Shown here: positions 37,781-49,610 of the stretch, piece after piece | How positions within the stretch are numbered: position 1 is the first letter of the stretch | How the letters are laid out: each line of letters starts with the position of its first letter | NCBI GenBank assembly: GCA_013239625.1 | Contig: MU054187.1 | Span: 23,808,795-23,872,794 of the forward strand | Length of the DNA: 64,000 nucleotides | Direction of reading: 5' to 3' | Source: Lama guanicoe | Lineage: Eukaryota | The notes under the pieces: generated by a model | What the model was told of the DNA's origin: nothing | What the model saw: only the letters and a program-made list of their open reading frames with translations | Databases searched by the model: none | Translations under genes and position numbers: made by a program

Positions 37781-37885
37781 CTGTTATAGAAAGAGCAAGA
37801 GTAAGAGCAAAGAAAATTTAAAAAGATTTTTCAGAGGAAATACCACCTATGTTGCTTATATGATTCTAAAGAATTTTGATACTTA

Positions 37886-37919
37886 GGAGACCATGCCTGG
37901 GAGACCATGCCTGGGAGAC
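37886..37919. repeat. 14-bp tandem duplication (ggagaccatgcctg) x2.4
   Basis: Directly visible perfect repeat. Confidence 0.9.
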
Positions 37920-38659
37920 TGCTGATGTTATGGCTGTGGATTAGTTCATCCAAGGACAGTGTATAGAGCAAGACTGGAAAAATTCAGGAACAATTTTTGT
38001 TCACAAATCTCAAAATAAAAGGCTCTAAGTAGTGAGAACTTAATCTGGACCTATAGTCAGAAAAAATATTGTCTGGTAATGAGTAATGTGATGAACACTA
38101 CATTTTGGTAGTAGTTTCGGTACATTGCTTTCAAGTACACACTTTCTTAGAGAGAGAACATTTTGACAATCAGTAAGGTCTCAAGAAGAATCATCTCTTT
38201 GAACTGAATGTCTCTTACTCTTCCTTAAACTTCCATATGAAAAGGCTCTGTAATACTCCTCATAATATTTGCTTGTATTCTAATGGTTCATTTTAGGTTT
38301 TATGTTACTTTTCAACCCATAGAATATGACTTGAAGCTTTAAAGCAGGTAGAGAATGCTCAGTAAATAACGCTGGACATTTGTCTCTTCCAGTCCTTCTT
38401 GTAACTACCACTGAAGCCTAAATAAAATCTTCATGCTCCTTAATTCATATATCTTAGAAGCTAGTCTCATTGTTATTTTGTGTTACCTACTTAACTGCAT
38501 TATTTTATACATACAGTAAATATATATATATATAAATACCATTATGAACTAACTTAATGTAAATGAATGGAAACTAAAAACAGACTTAAACTGCCACATG
38601 ATTACCTTAAAGTCTTTGCAGAATACCTTCTCTTATATGTAGGAAAATAATCTTAAGGC

Positions 38660-39740
38660 CTAAAGGTCAACAGAGACTTCTAAAACAAGATTTTAAAAGT
38701 ATAAGCTTATAAGGCTAAAAATGAGTAGATTTGACAACACCAAAATTAATGATATCTATTCAACAAAGTATTCCATAGATTTAACAGATTATGATAGAAA
38801 GAGAAGGGACATTTGCAATGTCTAAAATTGACACATTATTAATATACAGACAGTAAAAAGATCAAAACAAGTGGAGATCTAAGAGAAAACATGGGCAAGG
38901 TTGGTGTGTAGGAGTCCAGAGAAAGGGGAGTCTAAATGGCTAACAGTTTTATCAAGGATTGCTTTCTCTCATTAGAGAAATGCAATGTAAAATTAAAGAA
39001 AGGAAAAGTAAACAAATTAAACAATATAAAAATTACTTCATAATATGATAAATGTTGGAAATATTAATAATATTAAGTACTCTTCAGATTGTGGTTAGAA
39101 GGAAATTCTTAAATGGGAAATGTAAACTGTTGAGGCTCTACTAGGTCAATCTGGCTGAATTTAATGAAATTTTATATTTGTGTCCCCTAAGTTCCAGTAT
39201 TCTGCTCCTGGGTATTTAGCTCAGTAATGTTCTCATTTGGTCTTTAAAATGAGAAGTACAGAGATATTTACTGTACCATTATCTGTGACAGCTAGGAGTT
39301 GGGAGCAACACCAGGTGTTAATCATTACAGTAATGGATCAGTCAAGTGCTGAGAATTTGTAATATTGACTACTTAGCAGCAGTAAGAAGCAAAAATCTAA
39401 TTATTCATAGAGCAACACAAATCTCAAAAATGTTGTTGAGTCATAAAAGCAGGTGAAAGAAACATTTATAAAACAATAACATTTATGTAAATTTAGATCA
39501 TACTTCTTCTTCCCTCGAACACTAATATATATAGTAGGAGACAATCATATGTAAGGATGTATATTAAATATATTATTGTGAGTACTGATGAAAAAGTAGG
39601 ATGGGAGTGGGGTTCATGGACAAAAGATACAAAAAATTGCGAATAAAATAAAACAAAATGAAATAGGTAGCTCTAATCAGCCTATGACCAATAATAATAT
39701 GCTGAAATAGATGGATATAATGAACTCAACAGTACTCAAC
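38660..39740 (+). mobile_element. Ancient L1ME-type fragment
   Basis: Diverged ORF2-end landmarks: 'agatttgacaacaccaaaatt', 'aaatggctaac', 'agagaaatgcaa', 'gggaaatgtaaact', 'ctcctgggtat'. Confidence 0.6.
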
Positions 39741-42379
39741 ATCAAACAAATGAATTATTTTTACAAAGTACTTTCTTAATAGTTGGCCAAATCTTAACAC
39801 ACAAATAAATCATAAAACACAAATTACCAAATTTAGTTTTTAAAGTGTATCATAATTTCTAAGGTGATTAATAGAAGATGTAATATTATATTTTCTAATT
39901 GCTTTTTATTGTGACTGATTTTTCTCTTTAACATACAATTTATGCAGATAATAATGTTTTAGTTTATAGTTCATTTTAAGAAATGGATATACTACCAAAT
40001 GTAATTCCTAAAAAGTATGAATAAAAAATGATTGACCCTTACATACATATTAAAATTTGAGTTAGAACTAGATAAGCAATAATGAAAAGAATAATGTAGT
40101 ACCATTCCAACCAAAAGCTAAATGAAATACTTTAACACCTGTGTAATTCTGTTTAATTTCTATCTGACTTAATGGAATATATGATCTCTCTTTCTCTCTT
40201 CTTCTTTTTTTTTTTTGTAAGGCAGTGGAGTTCACGCACATTCACTTAGGGCTACAATCAACATTTAGTGTTAAAGTTCTAAGTTTGTTTCTGAAACTTC
40301 CAAACATTTACTATAACGAGATTTTAAGTGACTGCCTAAGGCAATAAAGATTTTGTCATAAATAAGAAATAAGCTATGGCAAAAAGAACAGCATATTAAT
40401 ACGCGTTGGGCAACGGTTCAGTTTTTCTTAACCTGAATAAAATGTTAGTCTCCATCATCACACATTTTGTAGGAAACTTGTTTAACTTTGTTGTGATTGT
40501 CTTTTTTTCTCTCTGGTATACACGTCTTCATGTTTTCAATTTAGTTATTTTTCCCCCTCCAAGCCATCTTAATGAAGTGTCTCCAGTAGGTTACGCCTTA
40601 CTAAAGCCCTAAATAACTATTTTCCAGTGTGAGAACATGAGCTAACGCGTCAACATTTTTTGGCAAACACAGTTTAAAGATGGTAAAGATAAACTTGAGA
40701 TCTTTGGCTGCCTCTTTATTTCATTGGTTCTTTTCACTCAAGTAAAGTGAAAGATGTAAGAATGTCATTTATTGATACAACCTCTAAATCCAGAGTTTTT
40801 CATCCTGTTGAACTCTCATTTGCCAGTTTTTTTTCCTACTTTTGGTAAATTGAGATACTTTCTCGAGCTTTCTTATAATTATACTCTACTTGAAGTTTTC
40901 AAAATGTATTATTGCCCAAAGCACACTGTTCAGATCCTTCAGATACAAGAGGCCTTAAATAATCTATTTCCTACTGCTGTGACACAAGTTAAATGGGACT
41001 TTTTCTGAGATTTCAGAGATCATGGAGTAATCCTCGAGGCCAAAGAGGACTGTACTGACAGATCAGCTAAGCAGGACATGCACAGAAGTTGGAGCTCTGG
41101 TTTTGCAGTCCCCTCACCGTCCATACCTAGGCCATGTGAAGAGAGGCTAGTGAGATGGAAACAACAGAACTAAATGCCCTGCACATTTCCCTCTTTTTCC
41201 TATGAGTGCTCCATCAACCCTAAGCAATGTGAGAATTGAAAAGAGAGCACAAATGGAGAACTAAATGTGTTCCCACTGGATTTAAAAAATGGTGGTTCCA
41301 GGAAGGTACCTCAGAGGATTTGAAGGCCAGAGACTTTGAAAGACTCAGTGAATAAACCTCTTTCCTTAAATAAGTGTAGTGTGTATAAATATGTATGGAA
41401 CTGAGTGAAACGTGTAAGTCAAAGTGGGGTGAGGGAGAAAATGCACCTTTAGTTGGTCACTCATGCAGGGAGATAGAGGGGAAAGGGCAAACTGATAGAA
41501 TTTCATGTGTCACCTAGTTTCTCCTTAGGGCTAGAGGAGATGGCAGACAGAGTCATTAGCTGTTCCAATCAGTCTCTATCATAGCACCAAAATATTTACA
41601 GTTCTGAAAAATCTAATCACATCTCATATCAAATTTTCAACTTCACATTGTGGAAAAAAAAAAGCCTGCCTCCTTTACCCTCGATTTCATCTAATTTAAC
41701 TTTGGGACCTACAGTTGGGGTGGCCAGGTGTGTCTGGTTTCTTTCCTTTCCCCTTTCTCTTTGATTCTCCTGGGTTAACTCCACTGTCTCTGGTTACTAC
41801 AAGGCCAGAGCCAGGAAGAGAGGAGAGGAAAGAGCAGAAAAGGTTCCACCAGACTAGAATAGTTGTTTCTGGTATCAATACTCACACATTGTAACGTGTT
41901 CAAATGTTGACTGAGGTCCTTGTTTGTACGATCCTCCAGGTTCTTCCTTTACCCCACACCATCAGCTCAGCCCTGGTTTCTAGTGGTATCGTCTCTATAA
42001 AAGCTCTCTTCATTAGACCTGGTGGTTTTCTTTCAAGATAATCTCTATCCAGCCCCCTTTCTGGGGCTCCAGCTCTGGAATATGAGAAACACTCCAGATG
42101 GTGGAAGTAAAGCTTACACCTTCAGTGGATCTCTCTCCTCACTCCTACCAGTCTTTTATTGAAGTACAGTTGACTTAACATTATATAAGATACAAAGATG
42201 TATGTTTTGAAATTTAAAAATTATACTGATGAATTTTTCCTACATTGGACAGTGTCATCTTTTCTCTGAGACCATGACTGACACAGACTAAAGTCAGGGT
42301 GAAGTTTATGGAGAGCAAATGGTACAAGAATATGTGAAAGAAAATCAGTGTTGACTAGTATCTCAAAATACTGTCAGAC

Positions 42380-42800
42380 TGTGGTAGAGGGCTGCATTTC
42401 TTGAGTCTCAATGCCTGTTCTCCTCTACTTACATATTGTAATAAATTTTTAAGCTGGGATTATGGCTGCTTAGCTAAATAATACATTTCCCAGCCCCTTC
42501 TCAGCAAAACTGGCCGTGGAATTAAGGTCTATCAGCTGGAGGTGTGTAAAATAATGAAGTCTCCTGGCAGGTCAAGTGCTTAAGGGGAAATGGTGTGCTT
42601 CTCCTGTCCTTTCTTCTCCCGTTTTGTGGCCTGGAAAATGGGCATAGTGGCAAGCCATCTTGGGCCCTCTGGGTGAGGGCAATGTGCTATCCCTGGTCAG
42701 TCCTGCATTGCTGAAGCTCAGACCCCCACATCAGAGAGCTGCAGATTTATATCTTACTTAGATGAACTGATGTTTTGGACATTCTAGCTAACACAGTTAC
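42380..42800 (+). mobile_element. MaLR LTR (MLT1I/J-like)
   Basis: Starts 'tgtggtagag'; contains 'tacatttcccagcccc', 'gcctggaa', 'agccatcttgg'. Confidence 0.65.
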
Positions 42801-43030
42801 CAAAAAAAAAAAAAATGATGACACTTATGTTAATTTTGCAAGTTGGAAGACACTATTAAATATTCTGATTCAAAACTTCAGTCAATTCCATTTTAAGATT
42901 ATTCATATTGAATTCGTCTTATACATGACTGTTATCTTGATATAGATCCTTAATAGATTCAAATTCGAAAGATGATATATTTTTACTCTGTTATAATTTA
43001 AAGTTAAGAAAGTGACAAAGTGAAGAGAAG

Positions 43031-43083
43031 AGATTAAGGTGGCAGAGTAAGAAGATGTGGAACTCACCTCTCTCCATGGACGG
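43031..43083 (+). mobile_element. L1 extreme 5' terminus (about 53 bp)
   Basis: 'agattaaggtggcagagtaagaagatgtggaactcacctctctccatggac' is homologous to the L1 5' end at 20550-20610. Confidence 0.7.
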
Positions 43084-43085
43084 AT

Positions 43086-44470
43086 CTATTTACCTTTGTG
43101 CTCTCTCTTTTCTTCTTGGTGAGCCTGGCCAGCGGTGTGTCAATTTTGCTTACTCTTTCAAAACACCATCTCTTGGTTTGATTGATTTTTCTAATTTTTT
43201 TTCTAAATCTCTATTTTACTCATTTCCTCCTTGACCTTTATTATTCCCTTCTTTTTGCTGACTTTAGGTTTTGTTTGTTCTTCTTTTTCTAATTCTTTTA
43301 GGTGGTAGGTTAGGTTGTTTATTTGAGATTGCTCTTTTTTGAGGAAGGCCTGTATTTCTACGAACTTCCCACTTAGGGCTGCTTTAGCTGCATCACATAG
43401 ATTTCATGTGATCATGTTTTCATAGTTGTTTCTCTCAAGGTATTTTTCAATTTCTTTAATTTCATTATTGATCCATTGGTTTTTCAGTAGTATGTTGTTT
43501 TGTCTCCATACTGTCATTTTTTTCTACTTTGTTTCTGTGATTGATTTCTAGTTTCATGCTATTGTGGTCAGAGAAAGTACTTAAAATAATTTCTATCCTC
43601 TTAAGTTTATGAGGCTTTTTGTGCCTGGATACGTGGTCTATTAGAGAGTGTACCATGTGCACTTGAAAATAAGGTATATTCTGTGTTTTGGGGATGTGAT
43701 ATCCTAAAAATATCCACCAAGTCCTACTGTTCTATTGTGTCATTTAGTATCTCCATTTCCTTATTAATATTCCGTCTGAAAAACATGTCCAATGATGTTA
43801 GTGGGGTGTTAAAATCTCCTACTATTATTGTATTCCCATCAATTTCTCCCTTTCTGTCTGTTAGTATTTTTTATATATATATCTTTAGGTGCTCCTATAT
43901 TGGGTGCATGTATGTTAATGAGTGTAATATCCTCATTTTTTATTACTCCTTTTATCATTATATGGTGTCCTTCTCTTTATCTCTCTCTACGGCTTTTGTT
44001 TGAAAGTCTGTTTTTGTCTGATGTGTGTATTACTACTCCTGCTTCCTTGTCATTTCCATCTACATGAAATATATTTTTCTATCCCTTCACTTTCAATCTA
44101 TATGTGTCTTTCACCCTAAAATGGGTCTTTATAGGCAGCATATTATAAGCTCTTGTCTTATTATCCAATCTGCCACTCTGTCTTTTATTGGAGCATTTTG
44201 TCCATTGACATTTATAAGTAATTATTTTAAAAAACATTTTTTTTTGTGGGGGGAAGGTAATTAGGTTTACTTATTTATTTTTAGAGGAGATGTTGGGGAT
44301 TGAACCCAGGACACTGTGCATGCTAAGCATGCACTCTACCACTTGAGCTATACCCTCCCCTCTACAGTAATTATTGAAAATATGTGTTTATTACCATTTT
44401 GAACTTTGTTTTCCAGTTGCTTTTGTATTTATTCCTTGTTCCTTTCTTTTCATTTTTGTTTTTCCTCTTC
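43086..44470 (-). mobile_element. L1 ORF2 endonuclease-region fragment
   Basis: ORF 43465..43662 contains 'IEIILSTFSDHNSMKLEINHR', the L1 EN SDH motif. Confidence 0.9.
44227..44360 (-). mobile_element. tRNA-Ala-derived SINE (camelid vic-1-like)
   Basis: Minus strand reads ggggagggtatagctcaagtggtagagtgcatgcttagcatgcacagtgtcctgggttcaatcccc (A and B boxes), then an A-rich tail; TSD core agtaattatt at 44217-44226 and 44366-44375. Confidence 0.92.
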
Positions 44471-45203
44471 TGTCTGAAAGTTCTGTCATCATTGTAAGTG
44501 GGATATTGAAATCCCCTCCTATTACATTGTATTACTTTTAATATCTGCCATCAGCTCTATAAACATTTGCTTTATATATTTAATCTCCAATGTCAGTACA
44601 TATATATTTAATAGTGTTATATTCCTGTTGAATTGACTCATTACATAATAACGTTCTTTGCATCTAGAGACAGTTTAGGACTTAAAGTGTATTTTGCCTG
44701 ATGTAAGTATAGTCACCTTTGCTTTTTTCTTATAGGTTATAATTTGCCTGAAATATCTTTTTTCTTCCCTTCACTTTCAGCCTGTGTGTGCCTTTAAATC
44801 TAAAATGAGTCTCTTACAGACAGCACATCACTTGAACTTGTTTGTTTGTGTCCTTGATGGTGAAAGCTATGGGTGCACACACTGGGGGCAAAAGCTGTTG
44901 AAGTACTCCTGCTCTTTTTCCTCAATGGGGTGATCACAGCTTAGGGAATCCCTCTTTACACGGAACTCTGCCAGACTGGCAGATGGGTCAGCATATGTAA
45001 AATGCTTTCTATGTATTTTTATGCAGTCATCCCTGGTTTCTGTGTTCCAATGAGTTTTTGCAGTTTCTTTATTGCATTTCAGAGCTTTCCTAGTGCTATT
45101 TTCATTGGCAGGTAGTTAATTAATCTTTATATATTTATTTATTTTTTTGGTGGGGGGAGGAGCATCAGGAGCTCATAGTCTGCCATTTTGCTGACGCTAC
45201 TCT
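44471..45203 (-). mobile_element. Older L1 (L1M-type): start of ORF2 joined to 5'UTR, ORF1 deleted
   Basis: EN-region homology to 43790-44160; 5' terminus 'gagtagcgtcagcaaaatggca' on the minus strand with a YY1-like motif. Confidence 0.7.
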
Positions 45204-45395
45204 TGGAGTTTTGTCACTATTGAGTCTTAAGTTTCCCATCAGCCTTATAATTTACAAATATTTGATTATAGTATGAGGCCTGTCTTTTCATTGTCTAAAG
45301 AGCATATTTTACTGAGTGAAATATTATAATTTTGAAGAAGTTCAATTTTTCTTTTTTTTATGGTTGTGTATTTCATATTGTATCTAAAAAACAAT

Positions 45396-46404
45396 CTCTT
45401 TAACAAGTGGTGTTGGAAAAGCAGGACAGATGCATGGAAAAAATGAAATCAGAACAGTCTCACACCATATGCAAAAATAAACTCAAAATGGTTTAAAGAA
45501 CTAAATGTAAGGTGTGACACCATAAAACTCCTAGAAGAGAACAAAGGCATATCATTCTTTGACATAAATTGTATCAATATTTTCTTAGATCAGTCTCCCA
45601 AGGAAAAAAATAAAAGCCAAAATTAACAAATGAGACCTAATTAAGCTTAAAAGCTGTTTTACAGCAAAGGAAACCATTGACAAAAACAAACAAACAAAAA
45701 ACTTTTGGAATGGGAGAAAATATTTGCAAATGATGGGACCAAAAAGGGATTAATATCCAAAATACACATACAGCTCAAGCAACTCAATCTCAAAAAAAAA
45801 AAACTCAATAAAAAAATTGGCAGAACTAAATAGACATTTTGCCAAATAATTAGTGATGTTGAACATCTTTTCATGTGCCTGTTGGGAATCTGTATATCTT
45901 CTTTGGAAAAAAGTCTATTGAGGTCTTCTGCCTATCTCTCAAAAAAAAAAAAGGAATACAGATAGCCAACAGGCACATGAAAAGATGCTCAGCATCACTA
46001 ATTATTAGAGAAATGCAAATAAAAACCACAATGTAGTATCACCTAATATCAGTCAGAATGGCTACCATCAAAAAAACCTACAAATAATCAATGTTGGAGA
46101 GGCTGTGGAGAAAAGGCAACCCTCCTACACTGTCAATGGGAATGTAAATTGACATAGCCACTATGGAAGATGTATGAAATTTCCTTAAAAAACTAAAAAT
46201 AGAACTACCAGATGCTCCAGTAATTCCACTTCTGGGTATATATCTGGAAAAAATGAGACCTTTATTTGAAAAAACACATGCACCCAAATTTTCATAGCAG
46301 CTATTTACAATAGCCAAGGCATGGATGCAACCCAAGTGTCCATCAACAGATGACTGGCTTAAGAAATGCAGAAGTATATATATATATATGTGTGTATATA
46401 TATA

Positions 46405-46460
<56 letters not shown>

Positions 46461-46940
46461 TATATATCTAAAAAATAGTGCAAATGAATCTTATCTGTGC
46501 AGGAGGTAGCCACATGAGAACCACTATAACGAAGAGTAAGACTAACAGCACGTCCCAAACAAGACATTGAGTCGTAACTTCCAGGTTTCTGCCATGACCA
46601 TGAGCTTTAACCATTCCACTACTTCCTAAAGGTCAAATGGCTGAGTCTTATAACTCATATACAAAACAGAAAAAGACTCACAGACATAGAAAACAAACTT
46701 ATGGTTACCAAAGATGGAGGGCAGCAAATTAGGAGTGTGGGATTAACAGATACCTGCTATGATACATAAAATAGATAAGCAACAAGTATTTACTGTACAG
46801 CACAAGGAAATTTACCGACTATCTTATAATAACATGTAATGCATTATAGTCTGCAAAAAACCTGAATCATTATGCTGTGCACCTGAACGTAACATAATAT
46901 TGTAAATCAACTGTGCTTCAATACAAATGTAAAAAAAAAT
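45396..46940 (+). mobile_element. 5'-truncated cetartiodactyl/camelid L1 (ORF2 end plus 3'UTR) with internal rearrangements
   Basis: 'tctctttaacaagtggtgttggaaaa', 3'UTR 'ttgtaaatcaactgtgcttcaata' and A-tail; inserted in an older minus-strand L1 (about 45205-45390 and 46945-47190). Confidence 0.9.
46375..46467. repeat. Compound (TA)n/(TG)n/(CA)n microsatellite
   Basis: Directly visible. Confidence 0.95.
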
Positions 46941-47275
46941 ATATAAATCTCATCACAAAATCCAAAGTCTCATAGATTATCTCCTAAAATGTTTTTTCTA
47001 AAAATTGCTTGATATTACATTTAGATCTTTGATTCATTTCCACTTAATTATTTAAAGTTGTGATATGTCTCAAGGTTTCTATTTTTCCTTATGGATACTC
47101 AATTGAGAAATTTTTATTAAAAAAGCTATTCTTTCTCCATTGAATTTTCTTTACATCTTTGTTAAAAATTCATTTATTTTATATGTGAAATATATTTCTC
47201 TTTCCTTTTATTTTTAACTTATTTAAGCCTTAGACTTATAATGAGTTTCTTGTAGATAGAATATACTTGGTCTGT

Positions 47276-47729
47276 TTTTGTTTGTTTGTTTTGGAGTTTT
47301 TTTAGATTCCATATATGAATGATCTCATATGGTATTTTTCTTTTTTTTTCTGGCTTACTTTACTTAGAATGACAATTTTCAGGTCCATCCATGTTGCTGC
47401 AAATGGCATTATTTTTTCTTTTTTATGGCTAAATAGTAATCCATTATATAAATATACCACACCTTCTTTATCCAGTCATCTGTTGATGGACATTTAGGCT
47501 ATTTCCATGTCTTGGCTATTGTAAATAGTGCTGCTATGAACATTGGGGTGCATGTATCTTTTCAGATTAGAGTTCCCTCTGGGTATTTGCCCAGGAGTGG
47601 GATTGCTGGATCACATTCTAAGTCTCATAAATCTTAACAATGTTCTCCTACAGCGGTCTACCCAGGTAATAGATATAAAAGCAAAAATTAACAAATGGGA
47701 GCTAATTAAACTTCTAACCTTTTGTATAG
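47276..47729 (-). mobile_element. Short camelid-type L1 with an inverted segment (47621-47729 on +)
   Basis: Minus-strand ORF2 end and proximal 3'UTR, then plus-strand ORF2 piece '…IKAKINKWELIKL'. Confidence 0.85.
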
Positions 47730-48426
47730 TTCTCAATTCTAGCAGCAAATACCACAGCAACCCAAAGACAATGTTAGTCCACAACTTTCCTTTCTCCTGG
47801 ATCACACTAATGTTAGGAAAACAGTACTAGTTAGTTACGAGGTTTCTGTAGAAAAGAAAAATAATACATGAGTCTTCAGCTCTTAAAATGCTACGTCCCC
47901 TTCTAAACCCGAATGCTAAAAAACTGTTTTATCTGATGAAGAATGTTTTTTACTGTTCCTGTAAAAAAACAGTGTCATAGACAGACTTTTGACATTGATT
48001 TATTTTCTGAGTTTTAGACAGATTTTTAAGATGGAGATCCTCAATGTTCATGTTTCCTGTGTGCTATTGACTATAAAATTGAGAAAGGGTGAATAGAGAG
48101 AAGAATTACACAGAGTAGGAAAAGCAGTCACTAGTTACAGTCTTTTTTTTTTAATACCTTTTCTTGTGTGTATATTTGGAATTATTTTTATAATTTATCT
48201 TCAGTTCTTATCCTTTTGTACTGGTAGATTTATTGGTTTTCATGATAGTTTGAATGAAATATCAGTTTGAAATTTCATTTTTAAAGTCAGCTCTCCCTGA
48301 GAGAAAACTTGGGACACAATTGCTTGAAATTTATTTTGGAAAGGATGCCATATCTAATACTAAAGTCTTATTTTCCTTAGGAGGAATAAGGCTGTTACTA
48401 GTAATAGATAGTTGATAGAGAAATAA

Positions 48427-48518
48427 AGACAGATGATAGACAGATAGGTAATAGGTAGATAGATGATAGGTAATAGATAGATGATAGATTACAGATAGAT
48501 AGACAGACAGACAGACAG
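48427..48518. repeat. Imperfect (GATA)n/(GACA)n tetranucleotide repeat
   Basis: Directly visible. Confidence 0.9.
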
Positions 48519-48744
48519 CAGTTTATAGTCCCCCCTATCTTTTACTTGCATTGACTACTGGATCTAGGCTTGCTATCTTAATGCTCAGTGGAGAATTGCT
48601 CAGGAATGGGATACAGTGCAGCCCTTAGTGTGATCAGAATGTGGCAGAGATGCTGTATTCATATTTTCCACAATTCATGGACTTTGTGGGCTTTTCCCCA
48701 CTCCCTCCTTTTGCACCTGCTTTTTTGGACATATTTATTTACAG

Positions 48745-48945
48745 TGACTTTAAGGGTCAATAGAATGGATTTGAATCTTGGCTCTTTCCCTTACTAGCAT
48801 TGCATCCACAGATATACTAAACGATCTTTATGAACCAGTTTCTAATTTGTAAGTGTTAACAACACCTGTAAGAATTCTGGTAAATAGTAAATGTGATCAC
48901 GCATAGAAATCACCTAACTTAAAGTAGACACTCAAAAAATATGGT
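48745..48945 (+). mobile_element. MIR SINE
   Basis: 'tggatttgaatcttggctctttcccttactagc...ccagtttctaatttgtaa'. Confidence 0.6.
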
Positions 48946-49479
48946 TACTTTCCATATTCGTTATTGAAGTGCTTTCTCTAGGAATGAAATCTGATGGATT
49001 TCCTTTCTTAAAATATTGTGGAAAAGTATACATAACAAAATTTAACATCTTAAACTTTTTGAAGTGTACAATTTAAGGTAAACTTAAAAATTTCCATTTT
49101 AAAAGAACTTTGTAAACCTTGAAAATGCAGAAGCAGCATTATCTATTCTTGAATGTACGCCCTTTGGATAGGTGCTTAGAGAAATGTTTTGCGGTGAGAG
49201 CTTCTGCTGAGTACCCTTCAGATGTTTTAACATAGAAGGCCCTAGGTTATACATCCCACACTGCTGGATATTATACAAATATGCTGTGACAGTTATCTTT
49301 AGACCTAGTGACATGAGACAGTAGAGTATCTCATAACCCATCCCTGAGATTTTTTCTGTTTACTTGTTTTTACCTGGCTACACTTGCCTGGGATTTCCTC
49401 CACTGGCTTAAAATCATTCACTTGGCCTTAAAAAGAAAATTCAATATTATTTTGAGATTTCCTAATTCAAAGCATATTG

Positions 49480-49610
49480 CGTAAGTCATCAGTTTAATCC
49501 CATACAGTAGAAATGAGATGCATATGCTCTTTTACAACTAAGAAATAAAAAGGTTTGCATTGTCACAGCTAAGACAGTAGCCAGCCTAGGACTAGAACCC
49601 AGGCTGTTTA
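49480..49610 (-). mobile_element. MIR SINE
   Basis: 'tttaatcccatac...ttttacaactaagaaa...gtcacagctaag...ggactagaacccagg'. Confidence 0.6.

Noticed and set aside
44288..44360. tRNA-Ala gene
   Set aside because: Has a SINE tail and TSD and sits inside an L1, so it is a SINE rather than a tRNA gene
46078..46461. 127-aa ORF, the longest in the track
   Set aside because: Made of a dinucleotide microsatellite plus antisense L1 sequence
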